Below, piece by piece: positions 1-13,485 of a DNA stretch of 64,000 bases. A program made the translations under genes and the position numbers. Within the stretch, counting starts at the first letter, position 1. Each line of letters opens with the position of its first letter. Source of the DNA: Hemiscyllium ocellatum (taxonomy: Eukaryota). The notes below the pieces were generated by a model, which searched no databases, was not told where the DNA came from, and worked only from the letters and a program-made list of their open reading frames with translations. The stretch covers positions 38,192,001 to 38,256,000 of the forward strand of contig NC_083417.1 in NCBI RefSeq assembly GCF_020745735.1. Reading direction: 5' to 3'.

Positions 1-100
1 GGGCCAGGAGCAGGCAGGTGGGACTAGTTTTGTTTGGGATTATATTCAGCATCGACTGGTTGGACCGAAGGGTCTGTTTCTGAGCTGAATGACTCTATGA
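1..100 (+). mobile_element. CR1 LINE 3' end fragment
   Basis: Tail ..ggaccgaagggtctgtttc..gactctatgactct, shared with other CR1 copies in the window. Confidence 0.6.
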
Positions 101-495
101 CTCTTGTTGTCAGAGGATTGTTGGACTAGAGAAGATTTGATTTATTGCAAAGGGTGAGACCATGGAGCAATTTGAACAAAGACTGTTTTAATTGACAGAA
201 AGACAACACAATTAGAATGGGGGCACGCAACAATGATATTTGTCATTTCAACATTCAATTAGAGGAAATTGTAACTAACTCAAGTTGACCAAACAACCTG
301 ACAGTCTAGTGGCAGTGGAGCTGGTGGTTAGATAAAGTTGTTGGAGAGGTGGAGCATTGAGTAGGTGAACAGGAGATTTGGAAATTTGGGCTCAAAGAAA
401 CCATATTTGATAACAAATGGTTTAAGGAGGATCCTGTGGGAACATAGGAGATTGTTTGGAATGCAGGGATCAAAAGTTATAATTAGATTCTCTCC

Positions 496-797
496 AGTGT
501 GGAAACAGGCCCTTCGGCCCAACAAGCCCACACCGACCCGCTGAAGCGCAGCCCACCCATACCCCTACATTTACCCCTTACCTAACACTACGGGCAATTT
601 AGCATGGCCAATTCACCTGACCCGCATATCTTTCGACTTTGGGAGGAAACCAGAGCACCCGGAGGAAACCCACGCAGACACGGGGAGAACGTGCAAACTC
701 CACACAGTCAGTCGCCTGAGGCGGGAATTGAACCTGGGTCTCTGGTACTGTGAGGCAGCAGTGCTAACCACCGTGCCACCCACTGTGCCACCGTGCC
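496..797 (-). mobile_element. HE1-type tRNA-derived V-SINE
   Basis: Reverse complement shows an A-box region (ggtggcacggtggttagca), B box (ggttcaattcc), V-domain (gtgtggagtttgcacgttctccccgtg) and CR1-like tail (gggccgaagggcctgtttcc). Confidence 0.88.
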
Positions 798-3289
798 GTC
801 CACAACAGTTTCTTTGTGGGGCCTGGAGACGCAATTTGATACATCTGATTCAACAAATAAAAATGCAACACAGCTTGAGCAAAGCTTATTTGTTTGGACA
901 TTGACCCTGACCCTCTTCCCACTGTCATGGTCTAGCAGGAAAATCGCAAGAGTTTCTCTTCATGGCCACCTGTTGACATGGGTCAGACCATACTCTGCAT
1001 TGTGAAAACAGGACTTCACTGGATTTCGCAAATAGCAGAGCCAGCTCTGGTAAACATGCTGTAATAAAGTATGGCTGAATTGCTGGTTAAGACAGATTTT
1101 AATTAAAATAAAAATAGCAAGTACTAACACCGGTAATCAGGCACCATCTGTGGAGAAAGAAATGGAGTTAACAATGATCTTTCATTAGAATTGAAAGAAC
1201 TCAGAGATATGGTTTAAAGCAAATACAGAGGCAGGGAAAGCAAAAAAGAGAGGCAACATGATTGTGCAATTACATATTTTGTAAAAAAAAGTCTTTAAAA
1301 TGAACAATGTTACTTACAAAATGGGTTCCAAAGATCACATGATTTTTGTTGTTTTTTTCATAGCAGCCAAGATAAATAGACTCATGTGTTATCAGAAGAG
1401 TCAATCACAAAGGATCATGATTGGTTCAAGGGATTTCAAGCTGTCCATCTTCAAGAGGTGTGAAGAATCAGAGACTTCAATTGTATTGTAGAGTAGTTTA
1501 GAAAAGAACAAGGAAGTTCAAAGGAAGGGAGTTCCAGCATTATTGACTTTCCTTAGTGGAACATTGGTTAATCGAGTTTCATGTCTGCATCCATTTTGCT
1601 GGATTGTGATCAAGAGCTGTCTGAACGTGTCATAATGTCTGCAGTCACCCATTCCAACTGAATAGTATTTGAGAGTTGGGTTTTCTCTCCTTCACCAGCT
1701 ACTGGTGTGGAGAATGCACCCAGAAAACCACTCTACTTTGCTGAAAAGAACTCCAGGTTGTTTTCAAGTGCCATACCAACAAAACCAGTGAAGACAGGGA
1801 TTTTCTTCACTCAAGGGAACAGAAGCTACTCTATCAACTCAGTCTCCCCTTTAAAGTAAAATACGAAAGCTCCAACTATTTAACCACAGAAGCTTCAGGT
1901 TTTCAATCCTTTCACTTCAAATAAGCTCAGCCTGCAATTGAGACTGATCTTACGTAACTGTTTAAATCTATGCTTCTGTATTTTAGCATGATCTTATGTA
2001 ACCTTCAAAATCTATGCTTCTGTGTTTTAGCAACTCACAATCAACTTTTTACTTAACTAGCAGTGAAACTTGTTAATAGACTAACTGTTTAACTTGTTAA
2101 CAAACTAACTAACTAACTGTGCTGCTAGTCATTTTTCAAATTGAAAGATTCATAGGCAAGAAAGTGTCTGTGGAGGAGCTATACAAATTTCACAGTTCAC
2201 AGACCACTCTGAGGACAAACTTGGGATGGTCCTTATGCGGGAAAAGAACAAGAGTAAAGGCCTGTGATGGAGTGGAAGAAAAAATAAATGACAAAAGATG
2301 GTGCGAGGCAAAAATGAACAAGTAAACAAACAGAAGGTAGTTTTAAGGGAGAGGTGAATGGAAATACTAATGATTCTGAATCAGCATTTCTTTGATAATT
2401 AAAATTATATCATTCCTAACCTTATAATCAGTGCACAATTTTCTGACTTATTTCTGTAACTACTATCTGTATTCATTCTTGTAACCCTTAAAGCGTACAT
2501 TTACCTCGCGCGTCTCCCACTCCTCTGCTATAATTCTGGCATAGTGCTGGAAAAATAACAGCAAGTTTGCAATGCACACTGTTATTAATGTGAAAATTGA
2601 TCAGCAAGTCCAGGTGATGAAGAAGTATATTGTGAGGATATTTAAAGAATTTGCTGGATTTGACAATGAATTACCCATTAAACTCACCACAGAAACTGTA
2701 CAGCATAAATATCTTTTAAACAATACAGTAACTGCTAACATAATATCAATCACCTTTTTCAGCCCCATTGCATTTCATTTCTCCATGTAACAAATTCTTC
2801 TTTGTGCTTTTCGCAAACTGAAATGCTTGTTTTATATTTTACTTACTTTACATTTGTTTCTCTTCTGCGTCTTAATCTTATTTTTCAATCCTTATATTTT
2901 TGTACCTGACCTAGCTTTAATTCACCCTCCTACTCTGCCAGTCATTGTACTTTCTTCTGATGTTGAATATTATTCAGGAGGTAGAATGTGATCACTTGCC
3001 AGATCAGCTGCACTGTTACCCTCCCTCCACCATTTTCAGCTGTTACAGCAGAAATAATATTTGAGCTGAAGAGTGCAGGAAGATGTCTATGAGTAAATAT
3101 CACAAAATGTTCACTTCAACAACATCATGAAATCATGGCGACTAGGCTCCTCCTCACTCTGCTCACTCTCAAAAGGAACAGCTCACTGATTTGCATTCAA
3201 TAAACTTTCGCAGTCATCTGCAAATATTTTCTTGTTAGGTAATCATTCAATTTCCTCCAAACAATTAGGCTGATATTGCTCTACTACAC

Positions 3290-3640
3290 TGTCAGGCAAT
3301 GTATTTCAGATTCTAATCATTCCCTGTCTAAACAGACATTTCCTCATATCACTCCTGGCTTCTTTTGCTAATCACCTTGAGTTGATGTTCCCAATTCTTG
3401 ACATCTGCTGATGGGAAGTTTCTTTGTATCTCCTCTGCATATCCACCTCAACCAAATGTCCTCTCAAAACCTTCCCCTGTCTGTGGAGTCCCAGTTGTAG
3501 CAATCTATTGGTGTGTTTGAACTCCCTCATCTCTGGACACATTCTCGTAAATTTTTTCTGCAGCTTCTTTAAGGCAGTAATATTTTTTCCAAAGTACACA
3601 GCCTATATTTGGACAATACTCCATTACTTTGTCCCCTTAT
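3290..3640 (-). mobile_element. Degenerate CR1 3' fragment
   Basis: ORF 3372..3599 resembles the CR1 ORF2 C-terminus (LKKLQKKFTRMCPEM). Confidence 0.55.
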
Positions 3641-5539
3641 AGCTAATCCTTTTAAATGCTAATCAGTTCAACCATTGGAAGAGAGCTCCTATCTTATGTT
3701 TTACACAAAATAATCTCCAGTTCTGCATTCAAAATATTTCCTTACACCACACAAAAGCTCATAGCCAAGGCACTTCTTTGTAGATACTTACAAGACACAG
3801 CAGTCAAACGTCTTCTCTAGTCTTCTTTTATTTGATGTGAATAAGACTTAGGACACCCAGGCTGATCTTTAGTTTTGCACTGCAGTGTTTGCTCAAAGGG
3901 CATTGTTACTTTTAATGTGCCAGGCTATTTTTCTTTCAGATAATTTTAATGCATTCGAGTCAAGCATTCCATTACTGCTGGCTCAGTTAAGCCTTCAAAC
4001 TACGTAAAGCTTAGCCAGTGACTGAACTGAAATACTGAACGACTGTCTAATTTTAGTACCATTCACTTAACACAGCTTGAACTAAAATATATTGAAAAGA
4101 CACGCACCTGTTTTCTGTTGAAAGAATTCTGACAGTTGCTGATATTGCTCTTGATACCACTCCAAGCAGCGTTATGGTCGTTTGAGTGAGGTTTGAGTTA
4201 CTAGTGTATTTTTGTTAATGTGCTTCAGGACGGAAGGAAGGAAGTGCAAAACTGGATTTATATTTTATTACCTAGCCCTACCTTCTCTTCCTCTTGCTTT
4301 TTGATTAAATCCACAGAGTTGTAGAGAACATGCTGATTTCATTTGCCAATTGCTGTTCGATTGGGATTCTGTCAGGATCATGAAAGCACATATTTAATGA
4401 TTTAATTTGATTTGATTACCACTGTCATATATACTAAGTTACAGTGAAAGTGTTGTCTCATGCTTTACAGGCATGAGATTTGAAATGAAGTTGACTGTAC
4501 CTTTAAAAAAAATTAAGATATATTAAAGGTTCAATGCTGAAAAACAAAATCATAATTGTATTTCCAAAAAAGATACAATTTTCTACTGTTCTTCCCATAG
4601 TCTCCTTAACATGTCCCGGTTTCATAATCACTGTACATGTAATGGCTCCTCCCCAAAACCAGTCAAAGTCCAAAGCTGTGAGTAGGCTTTATTTATCTTG
4701 ATTGAGATAATGACAAAAGTAAAATATTCTAATTCCAATGATAAAATATTGAGTTTTAATTGAGTAACATCTTTAGTTATATCACAGATATCTTAGTGAA
4801 AACACAGATTTGAAGTGAACGAATGGATGAGGTTAGGATTCCATTTCAATTACTGATTTTCAGCATTTCAAAAGTTAAAATTCACAAAGTAAGGCCTCAA
4901 ACTACAGATAAGCACAAGCCACTGACTTACCCTGTGTTCATTGCGACATTACAATAATTAAGCATTCAAGTTTAGAAAAAAAACATTTCCTGAGGAAATC
5001 TCAACAACAGATGTTTAAAAGCTCCAGTAGGCTGACTGGCACCTCACTGAAGGTCGTACCACATTTTTAAAAGTTAAAGTCATAATCAAAGCCCAATTTT
5101 GTTAAAATAAGTGGGGGAAAAAGCCATATTCCCTCAAAACATTTTGATATTCTGATCTAAAATAACAGCTTCCTCTCTAGTTTTCTCAGACTGTGAAACA
5201 GAAGAACACAGACCAAAGACCCCCACTAAAGAAGACAAAACAGAAATAAAGATGGCCAAGAAAAATGAAAAACTGAGAAAAACTGATGGAAAGTAGACTT
5301 TATTGTAATCTCATTATGACTAATTTTATGGCTTTGGAAATCATGTTGTACTTGTAAAGATATAACAAAGGTGCAATTGTATTCCTATTTATTTCTCTCA
5401 AAATTCAAGTTTTAAATGGTTCTCAGCTGATATCATGTTCCATTTCGTTTGCTATCAGAATATCTTGTTTATTCTCGTTGCATGAGTTGGTTTATTGTGG
5501 AACAACTTAAACAAACCAAATCCAGTTTTTTTTCTTCAG

Positions 5540-8500
5540 TCCTGGATAGCAAGAGGTTTGACATCTGTAGGTATACAGTATACAGCAGGAGGGAGGGTTG
5601 TGGATTTCTGGATAATTGAGGCTCTTTCTGGGGTAGGTGGGACCTCTACAAACAGGATGGTCTTCACATGAACCAGAGGGGTACCAATAACCTGGGGGGT
5701 AAATTTACTAATGCTGTTTGGGTGATGGGAACCGAAATTGTAGTTTGAATATACGGAAAGATGCAAGTAGTGAAGTCAAAATTAAAATTTCAAGATCGCA
5801 ACAAGTTACTGGCAGGCAAGACGTTAGTTTGAAGTGTGGTGTTGGAAAAACACAGCATGTCAGGCAGCATCCGAGGAGCAGGAAAATCGACGTTTCGGGG
5901 CAAAAGCCCATCCTGCTGAAGGGCTTTTGCCTGAAACGTCGATTTTCCTGCTCTTCGAATGCTGCCTGACCTGCTGTGCTTTTCCAGCACCACTTTAATC
6001 CAGACTCTGGTTTCCAGCATCTGCAGTCCTTGTTTTTAACCTAGTTTGAAGTGTGTCTTCTTCAACACCAGGGGCATCCGGAATAAGGTGGGTGAACTTG
6101 CAGCATGGGTTGTTACAACATTTCAATGTTGTGGCCATTTCAGAGACATGGGTAGAGCAGGGACAGGAATGGTTGTTCCAGGATCCGGGGTTTAGATGTT
6201 TCAGTATGAACAGAGAAAATGGTAAAAGGGGTGGTGGTGTGATATTGTTAGTCAAGGACAGTATTATGTTTGCAGAAAGGATGTTTGAGGAACCCTCTAC
6301 TGAGGTAATATGGGCTGAGATCAGAAACAGGAAAGGAGAGGTCACCCTGTTGGGAGTTTTCTATAGACCTCCAAATAGATCCAGAAATGTATAGGAAATA
6401 ATAGCAAAGATGATCCTCAATAGGAACGAGAGTGACAGGGTAGTTGTTATGGGGTCTTTAACTTGCCAAATATTGACTGGGAATACTCCAGTTCAAGTAT
6501 TTTAGATAGGTCAGTTTTTGTCCAATGTGTGAAGGAGGGTTTCCTGACACAGTATGTAGACAGGCCAACAAGGGATGAGGGTACATTGGGTTTGGTATTG
6601 AGTAATGAACCAGGCCAGGTGATAGATTTGGAGGTAGGTCAGCACTTTGATGATAGTGACTGCAATTCAGTTATTTTTACTTTAGTGAGGGAAAAGGATA
6701 GATATATACTGTAAGGCAAAAGTTAGAGCTGGGGGAAAGACAATTATGATGCGATTAGACAAGATTTAGGATGCAAAGGATGGGGAATGAAACTGCAGGG
6801 GATGGGCACAATTAAAATGTGGAGCTTATTCAAGGACGAGCTATTGCAGGTCCTTGATAAGTATGCACCCGTCAGGCAGGGAAGAAGTTGTCAAACGCGG
6901 GAGCTGTGGTTTACTAAGAAAGTTGAATCACTTGTCAAGAAGAAGAAGAAGGCTTACATTAGGATGAGATGTAAAGGCTCAGTTAGGGCACTTGAGAATT
7001 ACAAGTTAGCTAGGAAAGATCGAAAGAGAGAGCTAAGAAGAGCAAGGAGGGGACATGAGAAGTCTAATGTGGATAGGATCAAGGAAACTTCTAAGACTTC
7101 CTATAGCTATATCATGAATAAAAGAATGACAAGAGTAAAATTAGGGCCAATCAAGCATAGTAGTGGGAAGCTGTGCTTGGAATCAGAGGAGATCTGGGAA
7201 GCACTAAATGAATACTTTTTGTCAGTGTTCACACTAGAAAAACACAATGTGGTCAAGGAGATTACTGAAATATAGGCTACCAGACTAGAAGGATTGAGGT
7301 GCATAAGGATGAAGTGTCAGCAAATCTGGAAAGTATAAAAATAGGTAAGTCCCCTGGGCCGGATGGGATTTATCCTAGGATTCTTTGGGAAGCTAGGGAG
7401 GAGATTGCCAAGCCTTTGGCTTTAATCTTTATGTCGTCATTGTCTACAGGAATAGTGCCAAAAAACTGGAGGATAAAAAATGTTGTTCCCTTGTTCAAGA
7501 AGCGCAGTAGAGACAACCCTGGAAATTATAGACCTGTGAGCCTTACTTCGGTTGGGGGTAAAGTGTTAGAAAGAGTTATAAGAGATAGGATACATAATCA
7601 TCTAGAGATGAATAAGTTGATTAGGAATAGTCAACACAGTTTTGTGAAGGGTAGGTAGTGCCTTACAAACCTTATTGAATTCTTTGAGAAGGTGACCAAA
7701 CAGGTGGATGAGGGTAAAGCAGTTGATGTGGTGTATATGGATTTCAGTAAGGTGTTTGATAAGTTTCCCCATGGTAGGCTAATGCACAAAATATGGAGCC
7801 ATGGGATTGAGGGTGATTTAACGGTTTGGATCAGAAATTGGCTCACGGAAAGAAGACAGAGGGTAGTGGTTGATGGGAAATATTCATCCTGGAGTTCAGT
7901 TACTAGTGGGGTACAGCAGGGATCTGTTTCGGGTCCACTGCTTTTTGTCCTTAATATAAATGACCTGGATGAGGACATAGAAGGATAGGTTAGTAAATTT
8001 GAGGATACCATGAAAGTCAGTAGAGTTGTGGATAATGACAAAGGATGTTGTAGATTACAGAGAGACATAGATAAGCTGCAGAGCTGAGCTGAGAGATGAC
8101 AAATGGAGTTTAATGTGGATAAGTGTGAGGCGATTCACTTTGGAAGGAGTAAAAGGAATGAAGAGTACTGGGCTAATGGTAGGATTCTTGGTAGTGTAGA
8201 TGAGCAGAGAGATCTTGGTGTCTAGCTACATACATTCTTGGAAGTTGCCAACCAGGTTGATAGGGTTGTAAAGAAGGCAAATGGTGTGTTAGCTTTTATT
8301 GCGAGAGGGATTGAGTTTTGGAACCATGAGATCATGCTGCAGCTGTACAAAACTCTGATGTGGCCACTTTTGGAGTACTGTGTGCATTTCCGGTCATCGC
8401 ATTATCAGAAGAATGTGGAAGCTTTGGAAAGGGTTCAGAGGAGATTTACTAGGATGTTGCCTTGTATGGAGGAAAGCTCTTATGAGGAAAGTCTGAGGGA

Positions 8501-8870
8501 TTTGAGGCTGTTTTCATTAGAAGAAGGTTGAGAGGCTACCTAATTAAGTCATATAAGATAATCAGAGGGTTAAATAGGTTGGACAGTGAGAGCCTTTTTC
8601 CTTGGATGGTGATGGCTAGCACGAGGGGACATAGATGGATGATAGTTAAAGGACAGATGTCAGTGGTAGTTTCTTTATTCAGAGAGTAGTAGGGGTGTGG
8701 AACGCACTGCCTGCAACAATGCCAACTTTAAGGGCATTTAAATGGTCATTGGATAGGCATATGGACGAGAATGGAACAGTGTAGGTTAGGTGGGCTTCAG
8801 GTGGTTCCAAATGTTGGTGCAACATCAAGGGCCGAAGGGCCTATACTGCGCTGTAATGTTCTATGTTCTA
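5540..8870 (+). mobile_element. Near-full-length degenerate CR1 LINE (ORF1 esterase end, ORF2 APE endonuclease and RT)
   Basis: DGLH-type esterase remnant near 5650; [53 protein letters not shown]; many stops and frameshifts; 3' tail gttctatgttctat. Confidence 0.92.
5839..6041 (+). mobile_element. Miniature fold-back Penelope-like insertion inside CR1
   Basis: Inverted PLE termini with 14-bp TSD TAGTTTGAAGTGTG (5825-5838 and 6042-6055). Confidence 0.75.
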
Positions 8871-10752
8871 TAACACCAATTTTTAGTAATGCTAAAGGCC
8901 AAATGTTTGGTCCCACACTGGGAGGACAGAGTTGGGATGAATTTTCAACTCCTCTAATCGGACTTGAGAGAACGTCTCCCAAATTGTAGCATTTTCTGGA
9001 TTGAGGTTTTAACAGGGAGTTGGGCCCATTGATCCTGAGAGCATTGGGGAACAGCTACAACGGTTAAAAAGGCCTGTCTTGGGAACTTTTTTCCCAGTTG
9101 TGTAAAATACAATTAAATTAAAGACAGTCTTCTAAATCACACCTGACACACTGCCTCAAGCACCCACACATTCCCAATGCCACATCCACAATAACTCACC
9201 ATGGCCTCTCATACACTCTACCTATGCCACTCTACTCACCCCATGGCCCTTTATAATCCTATGAAAACTTAGCACCAACTGAAGCTAACACATTCCTCCT
9301 CCCCCTCCTTCCCCCTAAGCTGCTTGAATGGTCTGAGCTTGCTGACTGTCTTGTGATTGCACTCACATCCTATTCCAGAAGCTGCTGCTGCACTCAGACC
9401 TCGGACATTCATGCAGCTAGAGGAAGAATTCATGGGAACATAACCTATTACTGTTTGCCCTTATACTCTCCGTACTAATTCACCCAGTATCCATCCTGGG
9501 CAGACATCAGGAATCGTTTTGAGATGAGGCAAAGTTTGAAATGTTCATTGAAGACTTTATTAAAATAAAACTCTCACTGAAACAATACCTATTCAATAAA
9601 CGTAAACTCATCCAAATATTTAATCCCTTATGAAACCAACTGTTTCCTTCAAATACTTAATCACTTTTGAAAATGTACATTTTTGTTCATAGCCTGATAT
9701 CAAATATTTGGAACTAATCATCAAACTACAAACTTACAACCTTTCCCTCCTCTAGGATAATACATTATTCCTATAAGTGAACAGCTGCAGAAAAATCTTC
9801 CAAAGAGTTTTGATCTCTGCCAAAAGTGGACCTCTCCAAATGACTTCCATATATTTAGATCTTTTGCTGAAATGTCTAAATCCCATAAATTACGTTTTGC
9901 ATGTCTCACTACTAAAAACGGTATCTGGTTGAAGGCTTTTACATAAGCAGCTGCTTTTGTGAACTGCAAGGCACTACTGAAGTGCCTTACGAAAATGGGG
10001 GTTGTCAGGTTCGGGGCAAGGCTTCTGAAATCGGGGCTGCAGCAAGAATTTGGCAAAGTCAGAGACCTTCTTCATTCCCATGAACATCCTAACTGTTGAC
10101 AAAGTAATGTCAAGAATTTGGACAAAGATCAGCAAAATCTGGATTTTTAATCAACAGCACAATTTGGTTTGGTACATTTTAATCATTCTAACCTGTTATC
10201 TGTAAGTCGAAGTAAATGTGAGCTTTTAAAATAGGTGGATTAACGACGATTTTAAAATAGCACATCAAATAACACAGTAATGGAGGGGATCTCCCTTGAC
10301 ATTTCTCATGGTTAGCCTACAGCAAACCTTTGATGATGAGTTGTAAAAATGGCTCATGCAGACCTGCTGAGCAGAAGTGTTGCATACATTATTCTCAGCT
10401 CCTGAGATCAAAGAGACAGTAACTTTATTGATTATTAATTCCTGCTTACAAATAGAAAGAATCACTATCTCCTTCAGCTTTCATTTTTTTACAACTATAT
10501 TATTATGAATGCTGAACTTTGCAAAATGCTTCTGTTAAAATATATCCTTAATTGAAAGTATAACTTTTCACTCTGAAAGGTGGAAATTGAATTGGTAAAC
10601 ACCTCAGTCTGGAGAAATGCCTGCGAGACTTGAGGTTTCATGGGTGATGAGCATTGAGATGAAAGAGAAATACATCAGGAAACCCATTGAAAGCCATTGG
10701 AATGATTGAGGACTCTGGGTCTATACTTATAAGAGTTTAGAATAGAGTCCCG

Positions 10753-11045
10753 ACAGTGTGGAAATAGACCCTTTGGCCCAACAAGTCCACACCAACCCTC
10801 TAAAGAGTCTCCCACCCAAACCCATTTCCCTACATTTGTCCTTAACTAACATATCCCTGAACACTACAGGCGATTGAACATGGCCAATTCAACTAACCTG
10901 CACATTTTTGGATTGTGGGAGAAAACCAAAGCACTCAGAGGAAACTCGCGCAGGACAAAGTGCAAAATTCACACAGTCACCCGTGGCTGGAATCAAATCC
11001 TGGTGCTGTGAAGTAGCAGTGCTAACCATGAGCCACCATGCCACC
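10753..11045 (-). mobile_element. HE1-type V-SINE
   Basis: Homologous to 496-797. Confidence 0.82.
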
Positions 11046-11049
11046 CCAC

Positions 11050-11318
11050 AATGATGGATGAAGGAGGATTTCATTGAAACTTACAGAACACTAATAGGAT
11101 TCGATAGAATGGATTTGGAGATGTTTGCACTAGTTGAAGAAACTAGGACCTGAGGGAATAGCCTCAGACTTTCTAGAACTGAGATGAGGAGGAATTTCTT
11201 CAGCCATGATCTTCATAGATTCGGTGGCTAATCTGTGGAACTCATTGCCAAGGAGAGCAGTGGAGGCCAAGTCATTGAATGTGTTTTAAGACAGAAATAG
11301 ACAGGCTTTTCATTAGTA
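11050..11318 (+). mobile_element. CR1 3' fragment split by the PLE (continues at 12862-13010)
   Basis: gaatttcttcagcca..gtggaactcattgcc..gagacagaaatagacagg resumes after the TSD. Confidence 0.7.
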
Positions 11319-12861
11319 GAAAAATGTGATGCTGGAAAAACACAGCAGACCAGGCAGCATCTGAGGAGCAGGAGAATCGACGTTTCAGGCATAAGCCCTT
11401 CTTCAGGAATGAGGCTGGTGTGCCAAATGGGCTGAGATGAAAGGTAGGTGGGAGGGAATTTGGGGGAGGGGCGCTGGGAATACGATAGGTGAAGGGAGGT
11501 GAGGGTGAAAGGCCGGAGATGGGCAGAGAGGTCAGGAAGAACTTTGCAGGTCAAGAGGGCGGTGCTGAATCCGGGGGTTGGGACTGAGATAAAGGGGGTA
11601 GGGGAAATGAGGAAGCTGGAGAAATCTACATTAATTTACTACAAACTGACCGATTCCCACAGCTATCCAGATTACACCTCCTTCCACCCTGCCCCCTGTA
11701 AAAACGCCATCCCATATTTCCAATTCCTTCGCCTCCGCCGCATCTGCTCCCAGGAGGACCATTTCCACCACCGAACAACCCAAATGGCCTCCTTCTTCAG
11801 AGACCGCAATTTCCCCTCCGATGTGGTTGATGATGCTCTCCACTACATTTCCTTCACTTCCCGCACCTCCGCCCTTGAACCCCGCCCCTCCAATAGCCAC
11901 CAGGACAGAACCCCACTGGTCGTCACCTTCCACCCCACCAACCTCCGGATACATCGTATCATCCTCCATCATTTCCGCCACCTCCAAACAGACCCCACCA
12001 CCAGGGATATATTTCCGTCCCAACCACTATCAGCATTCCGGAGAGACCACTCCCTCTACAACTCCCTCGTCAGGTCCACACCCCCCACCAACCCAACCTC
12101 CACTCCAGGCACCTTCCCCTGCAACCGCAAGAAGTGCAAAACTTGCGCCCACACCTCCCCCCTCACCTCCCTCCAAGGCCCCAATGGATCCTTCCATATC
12201 CATCGCAAATTCACCTGCACCTCCACACACACCATTTACTGTATCCGCTGCACCCGATGTGGTCTCCTCTACAATGGGGAGACAGGCCGCCTACTTGCAG
12301 AACGTTTCAGGGAACACCTCTGGGACACCCACATCAACCAACCCAACTGTCCTGTGGCTGAACACTTTAACTCCCCCTCCCACTCTGCCAAGGACATGCA
12401 GGTCCTTTGCCTCCTCCATCGCCAGACCCTGACCACATGACACCTGGAGGAAGAGCGCCTCATCTTCCGCCTAGGAACCCTCCAACACACAGGATGAATG
12501 TAGATTTCTCCAGCTTCGTCATTTCCCCTCCCCCCACCTTATGTCAGTCCCAACCCCGGATTTAGCACCGCCCTCTTGACCTGCAATCTTCTTCCCGACC
12601 TCTCCGCTCCCCCCCCCCTCCGGTCTATCACCCTCACCCTCACCTCCTTCCACCTATCGTATTCCTAGCGCCCCTCCCCCAAATTCCCTCCCCTCTACCT
12701 TTTACCTCAGCCCACTTGGCACACCAGCCTCATTCCTGAAGAAGGGCTTATGCCCAAAATGTCGATTCTCCCACTCCTCGGATGCTGCCTGGCATGCTGT
12801 GTTTTTCCAGCACCACATTTTTCAACTCAGGTCTCCAGCATCTGCAGTCCTCACTTTCTCC
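11319..12861 (+). mobile_element. Penelope-like retroelement (probably Neptune-type), 5'-truncated with an inverted 5' arm
   Basis: ORF 11499..12440 has the RT-thumb region (HP..CKNAIPY.QFLRLRRICS), a Cys linker (PCNRKKCKTC) and a GIY-YIG endonuclease (IYCIRC..LYNGET..RFREH). Arms of about 310 bp are inverted. TSD CAGGCTTTTCATT(A/G)GTA at 11302-11318 and 12862-12878. Confidence 0.9.
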
Positions 12862-13129
12862 CAGGCTTTTCATTGGTAAAGGGATCAAAGGTTACAGGGA
12901 CAAGGCAGAAGAATGGGGTTGAGAAACATAGCCATGATGAAATGATAGAGCAGACTTGATAGGCTGAATGGCATGATCCTGCTCCTATATCTTAGGGCCT
13001 TATAGTTGAGTTGAAGTTTTTAAGCACCTCTCACAGAACAGACAGATGTTACTGCTACAAGGCAGGGAGAAGAAAATTGGAATTTTCCAAGCATTGGTCT
13101 TCTGTGATGTGGAGTGGAAATAAGATTAC

Positions 13130-13485
13130 TGGAGTCGTAGAGATATACAGCATGGAATCAGACCCTTCAGTTCAACACATCCATGCCAGACATCCGAACC
13201 TAATTTAGTCCCATTTGCCAGCACTTGGTCCATATCCCTCTAAACCCTTTCTATTCATATACCCATTCAGATGTCTTTTAAATGTTGTAATTGTACCAGC
13301 TTCCACGACTTCCCCATACATGTACCACTCTCTGTGTGAACAAGTTGCCCCTTAGGTCCCTTTTAAATCTTGCCTCTCTCACCCGAAACCTACACCCTCT
13401 AATTCTGGACTCCCCGTCCCCAGGGAAAAGGCCTTGTTTATTAACCCCATCTGTGACCCTCATGATTTTATAAATCTCTATAAGG
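13130..13485 (-). mobile_element. CR1 3' fragment
   Basis: ORF 13278..13490 LIEIYKIMR..DLRGNLFTQRVV. Confidence 0.8.

Noticed and set aside
496-797. tRNA-like A/B boxes in several places
   Set aside because: These are SINE heads, not tRNA genes.
1699-1855. Plus-strand exon-like segment (good acceptor, 51 open codons, GT donor)
   Set aside because: No recognisable domain and no partner exons; the flanks look repeat-derived.
1960-2120. Short direct repeats (aaatctatgcttctg..ttttagca twice; actaact runs)
   Set aside because: Local slippage duplications; not regularly spaced and not CRISPR-like.
9721-10056. 111-aa minus-strand ORF
   Set aside because: No motif and no convincing splice context; treated as a chance ORF.
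11631-12490. Overlapping Pro-rich and antisense ORFs
   Set aside because: Alternative frames of the C-rich PLE endonuclease region.
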